Source: Felis catus (taxonomy: Eukaryota). From it: a stretch of 64,000 nt of DNA. Position numbers and translations under genes: made by a program. The notes beneath the pieces were generated by a model, which ran no database searches, had not been told where the DNA came from, and saw only the letters and a program-made list of their open reading frames with translations. The stretch's first letter is position 1; every line of letters starts with the position of its first letter. The stretch spans positions 16,680,001 through 16,744,000 of the forward strand of contig NC_058383.1 of assembly GCF_018350175.1 (NCBI RefSeq), read 5' to 3'. Positions 54,741 to 64,000 of the stretch are shown here, in pieces.

Positions 54741-55796
54741 TTGCCAGTTCTCCTGTGTAGAGCCTTGCGGGCAGGATTCTGGAAGCCTCTCCTCTAATTT
54801 TAATTGTCAAATCTTTTATACCAAGTTCCCTCAATGTGGGGGATACCATGGACAATGGCTGCCCCATGGGCTTCCCTGCCTAACTTACATTGGCATCGGG
54901 AAGCAGAAGCCATAGGTTTTGGAAAGTGTTCAGCACAAGAGGTTTGCCTGTGGACAAAATGGCGGTGTTGAACGTAGCTTGTCTTACTTCTATGGCAAAG
55001 TAAATATATCAGTGGTAAGGAGTCAGGGGAAATGCAGCTGTCACCTAGATAGCAATTTCCCAGCAATTGGGAGCAAGCTTCCCCTCCCTTACTCTGCCTA
55101 TCTGGACAATTCAGTTTCTCATATCACTGAAGAAACATTGTTTTCTTCTTCCTGAGCATTTGGTACTTGGTAGGCTGTGGTTGTGGTCACACTGCTTAGA
55201 ACTTCCCTCCTGCTGCCTGCAATGCCTGCATTCCTAGCAACTGCAGTTTTGCCTATGCACACTGCAATCCCTGAGCTTCTCAACAATGAAGATCAATCAA
55301 GATTTATAAGACCAGAGCCCTGTTACACACACTTACATGTTGACTGAGAGCCAACACCATCATCACCAAATTACCAAGGAAAGGGCTGGGAAAAGGTGAG
55401 GGTCAAAAGACGATTTGCCCTATCTGAGGTAATAATGCACAGATATTGCAGATACGGCTCTCAGGTTGAACAGATGATTGATTCCCTTTTACCCAGCCAA
55501 TGTGTGTTTGTTCATTCAGAAAAGAGTGAGCTTGGCAGGGGATTGTGCTACTCACTTCATTCCCAGAATTATTCTATTCTCATCTGAAATGGATATCTTT
55601 GGCTTTCTGTGTATCCATTCCCATCCCCTTGCTCTTTTTAAAAAATAAATAAGTCCCCACTGTGGGTAACTCAAGGCCAGACCTAAGAGCAATGTCGCCT
55701 CATTTTAATTGTGGAACCTGGCCAAGTTATCCTGACTCTGGCATCAGTTGGGCAAAAAGCCCCCTTGGGACTTGCCTGTTAGAAATATTTTGACTT

Positions 55797-56008
55797 GGGG
55801 CGCCTGGGTGGCACAGTCGGTTAAGCGTCTGACTTCCGCCAGGTCACGATCTCGCGGTCCGTGAGTTCGAGCCCTGCGTCAGGCTCTGGGCTGATGGCTC
55901 AGAGCCTGGAGCCTGTTTCTGATTCTGTGTCTCCCTCTCTCTCTGCCCCTCCCCCGTTCATGCTCTGTCTCTCTCTGTCCCAAAAATAAGTAAACGTTGA
56001 AAAAAAAA
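55797..56008 (+). mobile_element. Young felid SINEC
   Basis: CpG-retaining ggggcgcctgggtgg head; perfect TSD agaaatattttgac at 55781-55794 and 56009-56022. Confidence 0.97.
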
Positions 56009-59000
56009 AGAAATATTTTGACAATAAAAGACACAGGACATTTGAAGGTTGCCAGACAAAGTGTTGGTGTACTGGCAAAGCCAGAGGACTTGGGAGGAAG
56101 CATTTTCATTTGTGAGGAGAAGAAAAACAGAGCTAGTCACTGTATTCTCAGTATTATCCCACTGTCTGTGGATATGAAGAACTTTGACACATCATGTATC
56201 CACTCTGATCCCCTAGATGTTTTTCTAATGAGGTCTTGAGTCACTTTGAAATGTGATAGGGCTTTCACTCAGAGGGAAAATGCCCTGAGATTAGTGGTCA
56301 GCTCTCACTCCATTCCTATGGTAACCTAGAACCATCAGTTTCTGATATCACCAAATAAAGATGAGCTACCTGTTACTGACTTGTGGGGCTTGGAACTTTT
56401 GGGTAAGCACTGTGACGGTTACCCAGTTTGCCTCCCTCCCCTGGCTGCTTGAGATGACTTATTGTTGAAAAGCAAATGGTTCCCAGATGGGCATTTATCT
56501 CCCAGAACTTAGCAGTGCAAAGCCCACTCAAGAAATAATTCCACAGAGCCTGATGCCAAACACAAATGTCAAAACCCATTACACCAAAACCACTCGTGAC
56601 TGTACCCACTGTAGGTCAAAGTAAGAAATGCACTCAGTGACAGAATCTTCTCCTCCCTTTCTGAAGTCCCAATGAAGAATTCGTGCAAAATCAGTTGCCA
56701 GGGTAGCCAATGGAGGTTTCCCTTGCCCCAGCCAAGAGATGTTTCTTATTCCCAAGAAAGCCAGCTGGCCAAAAGAGTGTTCTAGTCACTTCAATCTCAG
56801 ATTCACCCAATTACCATTTGATTTGGAGAACTTTGGCACTCCATGTATCCATTTCCAGTATTTCACTCTTTTTTCAGAGTGACCAGCGTCTAAGAGAGAT
56901 TTCCACAGCTTTTAACTGGACAGTGTCGTTGAGTTCATCTTACTCAGGGATATGTTGAGCAAGGGGGCTCCTTGAGATTTGCCTTTCATAACTATGTTGA
57001 CAATTGGAAGCCTAAGACATTGGAAAGTTCCCAGAAAAGAATTTCTGCATATATGCCAAGTCCAGAGGAGCTGGGAGGCAGCTGGCCTCACTTCTGGGGG
57101 AGAAAGAACTGTAGCTACATCTTTCTTTCTCAGCTTTGTGCTGTCCCCATCTGCAGTGAAGAACTTGGGCCACTGATGTATCCATTCCCATTCCCTTGCA
57201 TTTTTTTCTACCCAGGAATTCACTGTGAGGTTTCAGGGACAGAATGTAAGAGCAATTTCCTCTCATGTCAACTGGGGAGTCAGGCCACATTCTCCCAACT
57301 CTGAGAAAAGTTGGGCAACATGGGCCCACAGGGCCTACCTTTCAGCCTTACATTAGCCACACAACCCACATCATCTGATGGAGCCCAGCCCATGCCTGAA
57401 TGTTTGCATGTAGGCAGGGACAGAGGAGTAGGATGGAGCCTACCTCAGTTCTGCAGCAAAGTGAAATGAAGCTAGGCACCACATTCTAAGGTATATCCCA
57501 TTCTCTCATAAGATAAACAAACCTGTTCCACCATATGTTCCCATCCCCTTGCAGAGTTTTTAACGACTAATTGGGTCACACTCAGGAGAAATGGGGTTGT
57601 CATTCACAATAAAAACACTCAGAGATTAAAGGTAAGCGCCCCCTCACTTCTTGTGCTAACCAAGAGCAATCAGTTTCTGATATCCCAACGGGAAAATTGC
57701 TAACCTTTTGCTGAAAATGTGGTGCTTAGCAGGCTACAGGTGGCATGGTGATGTTTACCCTGATTGTGTCCCTGAAGTAGCTCAATGAGCTGCCTTAATT
57801 CTGAAAAGTAGAAGGCTCTCAGATGGTTGCTCCCAGAGAGATGTTAAGGCAGAGACTTTTCAAGTACCCCTGCACCAAAACCTGGTTCCAAACACTTGAA
57901 GATTTGCAAGGAGACTGACCCTGATCCACTTAATGAATGTGGCATTGATAATAGACAGAAAGGGCAAGGAAAAAGACAAAGGCCAAAAGAATTCCTGTCT
58001 TACCAAAGTTCTGGATGAACATTTCATGCAGTAAGAGCATGAGGTGTAGTCAATGGACATCTTCCTTAACCCAAACACATTTGTGTTTCTTACTCTGGTA
58101 GGCATTCAGGTCCAGAAAATAAGACCAATTCACTCTCATTTTAATTGAGTAGCTGGGTCAAGTTCTCTGGCCTGTGGAATACATTGGGCTGTGGTGCCTG
58201 TCACCATTTGTTTTAGAACTATGTGTACATCAAAAACATAGGGCATTTGAAGGTGCCTGACACAAAATGCTTGCATGTAAGCAGGCCCGGAGGACATGGG
58301 AGAGATTCAGTCATGCTTCTGGAACAAAGAAACACTGAGCCATACATTACATGAGAGTCACTTTCCAAATACCTGAGCATCAGCCACAAGTTTAGCCACA
58401 AGTATTAGCCACAACCTACTAACTATGAATCGTCACTGCATCAAAGGACAGCGGGGGGAAAGCAAAGGCCAGAAATTTTCCCTCTCTTTCTGAAGGAACA
58501 ATGCAGGTGATTTCCCTTTGTCTTAGAACACAGGTTGTTCTTACTCCTGAAACAACTACCTTGCCCAGGGATTGTGCTAGTCGCTTCATTATTTGTTATA
58601 TCCCATTCTCTTCTGTAATAAAGAAATTTGCCTTCTGGGTATTCGTCTCCATCCTGTTGCTCTTTTCAAAGCTAAGTTCTCTCTGTTGTCCTTTCAGGGG
58701 CAGTGTCTCAGAGCCATTTTCTCTACTTTTAATTAGGGTGTCTGGCCAAATTCTTGGTACTCTGGGATAGTTTAGGCCACAGGATCCCTCAAAAATTGCC
58801 TCTAAGTACTATGTTTACAAAGATAATCCCAGGATAATTCAAGGTGCCCAGTCACAATGTTTGTGTGTAGTCAGGTTCAGAGATATTAGTAGAGAGCTAT
58901 CCTCACTTATGGGACAAAAGGAACATGGAGCTAGACATTTCATTCTCAGCTTTGTCCCATTCACAGCTGAAATGAAAACCTTTGGCCCTGTGTGTAGTCA

Positions 59001-59669
59001 TTCCAATGCCCTGGTTGTATTGATAACTATACCTTGGGTCTCAGGCAAGGGCAATGAGGCACTCACTCACATAGTGAGTGCCCAGCCATAACTAATGAGC
59101 TCTGACTTTCATCTGTGCTAACCAAGAGCAATCAGTTTCTGATATCCCAAAATCAAGATTGCCTTCCTGTCAGTACTTGGTGTTTGGCTGGATAATACAA
59201 GAAATAATGGTTAGCCTACTAGTCTCCCTCTCTGGCCATTAAAGATGTTTTCACTTTGAGGAGCAGTTGGTTCATCCATGTGCAGTATTCTCCAGGACCT
59301 GCTTAGCACAGAAAGAGACCATTCAAGAACTACTGCACCACAGCCCAGTGCCAAGAACTTGAGGATTAGCCTGGAGCACAAACCCACTTCACTTGAATCA
59401 TTGCTTCCTTTATCCACTTATATGATGGTAAAGGAAAACAGAAGTCCAGAAGCTTTCCTTCTCTTTCTGATGTAAGAATACATTCATCTTGTCATGAGGG
59501 CTCCCACTGTAGATGATGGAGGTTTGCCTTTTCCCTAGCCCACAGGTGTTTCTTATTCCTGAGACAGCTTGCAGGAGATTGCACTAGTCATTTCATCCTC
59601 AGATTTATCCCATTTTCTTCTCTCACAAGGAATATTGTTCCTCCGTGTATCTATTTCCACTTTTTACTC

Positions 59670-59854
59670 TTTTTAATGTTTATATTTATTTTTAAGAGAG
59701 AGTGAGAGAGCACAAGCAAGGGAGGAGCAGAGGGAGAGGAACAGAGGATCCAAAGCAGGCTCTGTGCTGACAGCATAGAACTCAAAGCAGGGCCCGAACG
59801 AGAAAACCACTACGTTATGACCCAAGCCAAAATCGGATGCCACCCAGGTGCTCC
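59670..59854 (-). mobile_element. Older SINEC
   Basis: ttttaatgtttatatttatttt, (GA)n, gcaggctctgtgctgacagc, gccacccaggtgctcc. Confidence 0.9.
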
Positions 59855-62519
59855 AAACTTTTATTCTATTTAATACTAGATTCTCCCATGGGCCAATAAG
59901 AGCCAATGGTTCAGAGCATTCCCTCTGGTTTGAATTGGGGATTCCGGATGAGTTCTTGTGACAACAGAATAGGTTGCACCATAAGAGCCCTGGGAACTTG
60001 CCTTCCAGATCTATATTGAAAACATTAGTTGTAGGTCAGTGGAAAACACCAGCACAGAATATTTGTGTGTTGTTCAGGCCAAAGGTATTGGGAGGGAGCT
60101 GTCCTCATTTCTGCAGCAAGGGAAAATGGAACAAAATATTTCTTTTCAGCTTTATTCCATTCTCATCTAAATGAAAACCTTGTCCATAGAGCCATTCCCA
60201 TCCCATTGCTACTTACTAACTAGGACTTGGGTTGCAGGCTGGAGCAATGAGGCTATCAATCACACAGTGAGCTCCCAGGAGTTGGTAGTGAGTTCTCACT
60301 CTGGTTCTGTGCTAACCTAGAGTAATTACTTTCTGCCAACCCAAAGGAGAGATTGCCCTGCTGTCAGAGAGCACTTAGTGCTTCACTGACTGGTGTAAGT
60401 GCATTGATGGTTAGACAGGTTTCCTTCATCACCTGTCTGATTTAGATGACTTCATTCTGAAGTACACACAATGCAGGCAAAGCAGGTATATTCCAGGACT
60501 TAGTGCAGAACATGGCCATTCAAAAATGAATGTGCCACAGGAACGGGCCAAACACTTGAGCAACAGCCTGGAGCATGGACAAACAACCCTGAATCTGTGC
60601 TGCCTCTATCCCCTGATGGGAAGGGCAGGATAAACAGCCTAAGCCAGAAGCTTTCCCTCTCTTTCAGAAACAAGTATGCAGATCTCTTGCAGCCTGTGCT
60701 TTCATGAGTTTTCCCTTTAGAGTTTTAATTTGTCTCTGGCCTGTATTGAAACAGGTGTTTCTTACTCCTTAGACAGTATCTTGCCAGGAAATTGTGCTAG
60801 ACACTTCATTCTAATCTTTGTCCCATTCTCATCTATAATGAAGTACTTTGATCTTCCGCGTTTCCATTCCAATACTTTTTTTTTCTTTTTTTCAAAGTAG
60901 TTTCTCCCTGGGTACATTCAGAGCCAGTGTCTCATGAAAATCCTTTTCCTTAAGGTGGGAAATCTGTCCAGCTCCTTGTGTCTGTGGCATAGGTTGGGAC
61001 ACAGGACCCTCATTATTTACCTTTCAGAATTGTGTTGACAATGCAAGACATAGGGCACTTGAAGGTGCACAGCAGAGTATCTATGTGTAGTGAAAGCCAG
61101 CATTTGGGAGGGATCAGGCCTTACTTCTGGTCGAAGGAGAAAGTATGTTAAACATTTCATTCCCAGCTTTACCCTCACCTCCTCTGTAATGGAGAACTTG
61201 GCCTTCCTATAGCCCTTCCCATCCATTTTCTGTTTTCATAACTAGGTCACAGGTCACAACCAGGAGAAATTGGTCCATCAGCCACACAGTCAACATCCAG
61301 GATTTGCGATGAACTACCACTCTGGTCCTGTGCTATGTGAGAGCAATCGGTTACTTTATCTCAAAGAAGAATGGCCTTCCTGTCCATGAGTGCTAGTTGC
61401 TTGACTGGAACTAGTAATCTCTGTGATGGGTAGCCTGCTTGCCTCCCTCCCCCAGCTGGTTGAACGAATATCTTCATTTTGGAAGACAAATAAACCAAGC
61501 ATGCACAGTATACTGCAGGAATATTCAGCCAAAAAAAAATCCCTTACAATGAATACTGCACCATGATGTGGTTTCAAAAACTAGAGCGCCAATGGGCTCT
61601 GGCTCAGTGTTGGTGACTCTAGTATAGATTGGCAACAGGACCTCTTATTAGAGGTCTTATTAGAACTCTGTTCACAATTAGAGGCCTAGGGCATATGAAG
61701 TTGACAAGCTGTGAATGTATGTGTGTGCGTAGGCGGTCCCAGAGATATGGGGAAGAACTGGCCTTACAGTTCTTCCTTTCTTAATCAAGGAGAATTGAAG
61801 ATAGATATACATTCTCAGCATTATCCCATTCCCATCTGTAATGTACAGCCTTGGCCTCCCTTGTAGCCATTCAAATCAATTTGCTATTTTCTAATACTGG
61901 GTCATATTCAGGGATGATTGGGTTTTCCCTCACACAAGCATAGCCAACAGGATGATGCTAAACTTCAGCCTGCTTCTGTGCTATGTGAGAGCAAGCAGTA
62001 AATTTATCTCAAAAAGGATGGCATTCTGGTCCCTGAGTGCTTTGTGCTTGGCCAGCTCTGGTAAGTGCAGTGGAGGGAAGCCAGTTGGCTTTCCTCCCTT
62101 GGCTGATTGAGATATCTGCATTCAGTATCATTGACGGTTCCTGTATGCACACTATACTTCAAGACTCGGTCAACAAGGAAAGGGCTCTTTCCAGAACTAC
62201 TGCATCAAGTCCAGGTTCCAAACACTTGATCACCAGCTGGGAGCAAGAACCCCTTGCCTCTGAATCAATGCTGCATCTATTTCCTGATTGGAAGGACAGG
62301 AAAAACAGCCCAAACCAGTCTTTCCTCTCTTTCTGAAAGAGGAATAGAGACAGCACGCAGATTTCACTCTCAGGTGTAGACAATGGGGGTTTCCTTTTAT
62401 ACAGTCCTCAGGTATTTCTTACTCCCCTGACAGCCAGCCTACCAGAAGATAGGAGTAAGGCACTTAATTCTTTGTAACTTTATCTCATTCTCTTCTGTAA
62501 TAAGGAACTTTGGTCCTCT

Positions 62520-63105
62520 TGAAAGGGCGGGCCTACGCCAGCCGACTCCATCTTGTTCTGTGTCCTTCACCTTGACCACACCTCCTCCCCTTGACTCCAT
62601 CTTGTTCTGTGTCCTTCACCTTGACCACACCTCCTCCCCTTGACTCCATCTTGTTCTGTGTCCTTCACCTTGACCACACCTCCTCCCCTTGACTCCATCT
62701 TGTTCTGTGTCCTTCAACTTGACCACACCTCCTCTCCTTGACTCCATCTTGTTCTGTGTCCTTCACCTTGACCACACCTCCTCCCCTTGACTCCATCTTG
62801 TTCTGTGTCCTTCACCTTGACCACACCTCCTCCCCTCGAGTAAACCCTCCCTCACCTGCCGGACCCTTCCCCAGGACCCCTCCCCAGCCAATCGGCTGAG
62901 GCCATAGCCATTACCTCATCAACTGCCCCCAGGCCCCAATAAAACCTTTGTCCTTTTGAAACTCGCTCTCTTTCTCTGGTATCTCACCGCTGCGTCGGTG
63001 CAGGTAGGGGATTGAGCTCGAGCTAGCTCGAATAAAGGCTCTTTGCTTTTGCATCGGACTCGGCTCCCTAGTGGTCTTTGGGGATCACGAATTCTGGGCA
63101 TAACA
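62520..63105 (+). mobile_element. Young ERV1/gammaretrovirus-like solo LTR
   Basis: Starts TGAAAG, ends TAACA; 4-bp TSD ctct at 62516-62519 and 63106-63109; CCAAT at ~62888; AATAAA at ~62938 and ~63031; CpGs retained. Confidence 0.93.
62544..62836 (+). repeat. 6 x 49-bp tandem repeat in the LTR U3
   Basis: gactccatcttgttctgtgtccttcaccttgaccacacctcctcccctt starting at 62544, 62593, 62642, 62691, 62740, 62789. Confidence 0.98.
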
Positions 63106-63218
63106 CTCTGAAGGCCCATTTGCATTTTATGCCACTTTTTTCAAACTAGGTTGCACCTGGAAGCCATTCAGAGCAACAGCCTCAGAAGAATATATACTGT
63201 GTAAACTAGAACATTCCA

Positions 63219-63445
63219 GGGGCACCCGGCTGGCTCAGTCGGTTGTGTGTCCGACTTTGGCTCAGGTCATGATCTCGTGGTTTGTGAGTTCGGGCCCCGC
63301 ATCGGGCTCTGTGCTGATAGCTTGGAGCCTGGAGCCTGGATGGAGCTTCAGATTCCGTGTCTCCCTCTCTCTCTGCCCCTTCCCTGCTTGTGCTCTGTCT
63401 CTGTCTCTCAAAAATGAATAAATGTAAAAAAAATTTATTTTTAAA
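63219..63445 (+). mobile_element. Felid SINEC
   Basis: SINE head, body and (CT)n; TSD aactagaacattcca at 63204-63218 and 63447-63461. Confidence 0.95.
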
Positions 63446-63889
63446 GAACTAGAACATTCCAGGATCCTTGGGGTTGTGTGAGGTACACAGCCCAGGTCCA
63501 ATCATTGGTGTGGAGTTCCCAGTCCGTTCCTGAGCCACTTGATAGCTCTCCAGTGCTGGTATCCCCGAAGATAGTAGGTGCCTCTGTCCCTGAGTATTTG
63601 GTGCTTAGCCAGCTAGGGTACTTGCAGGGATGGGTAGCCAGCTGGCCTCCATCCTCTGGCTGATAGAGATTTCTTTATCCTGTAGAGTATATGCTTCGTG
63701 CATGTGCACTATGCTCCAGGTACTGGTCTGTGAACAAAGAGACTTTGAAGGTAATACTGCACCAGGCTATGTTCTAACCGCTTGACCATCAGCCAGGAGC
63801 CCCAAACAGCCACAGCTGAATCACTGCTGCCCCTGCCTATTAATTGGAAGGTCAAGAAACACACCCAAAGCCAGGGCTTCCCCTCTCTT

Positions 63890-64000
63890 TCTTTTTTTTC
63901 TTTAACGTTTTATTTATTTTTGAGACAGGGAGAGACAGAGCATGAACAGGGGAGGGTCAGAGAAAGGGAGACACAGAATCTGAAACAGGCTCCAGGCTCT
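63890..64000 (-). mobile_element. Felid SINEC 3' half (runs off the window)
   Basis: T-rich tail then tttatttatttttgagacagggagagacagagc...aggctccaggctct. Confidence 0.93.

Larger units (their letters stand above)
54669..63889 (+). repeat. Diverged, partly deleted array of the ~1-kb repeat, interrupted by SINEs and an LTR
   Basis: Anchors at ~56985, 58212, 58805, 61023, 61660; caggtgtttcttactcctgagaca and gagagcaatcagtttctgatatc motifs recur. Confidence 0.85.

Noticed and set aside
62544..62836. CRISPR-like array
   Set aside because: Direct tandem units with no spacers, inside a mammalian LTR, and no cas genes

Overview
Mammalian, almost certainly felid (cat-family), repeat-dense heterochromatin-like DNA. 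The lineage call rests on carnivore tRNA-derived SINEs with (CT)n tracts and felid-type L1s. No intact cellular protein-coding gene is evident. Layout: (1) ~7.8 kb of degenerate CA-rich sequence with an L1 3' insert; (2) a ~310-bp satellite with TAACCC-like motifs, organised as 3-mer/6-mer higher-order units and flipping orientation at ~10.6 kb, with another block at 41.3-42.6 kb; (3) a ~1-kb-monomer tandem repeat that I cannot name, which forms a ~3-kb trimeric higher-order array at 11.8-24.2 kb and recurs at 34.7-36.4, 49.5-52.3 and 54.7-63.9 kb, the last two blocks being much more diverged; (4) many L1s, including a young 5'-complete copy with intact ORF1 fused to an LTR end; (5) SINEs, MaLR/L2 relics, a few exon-like fragments, and a young ERV solo LTR with a 6x49-bp enhancer-like expansion. 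The best candidate for something undescribed is the nested ~350 bp / ~1 kb / ~3 kb repeat family. All alignments were done by eye and boundaries are approximate unless a TSD is given.
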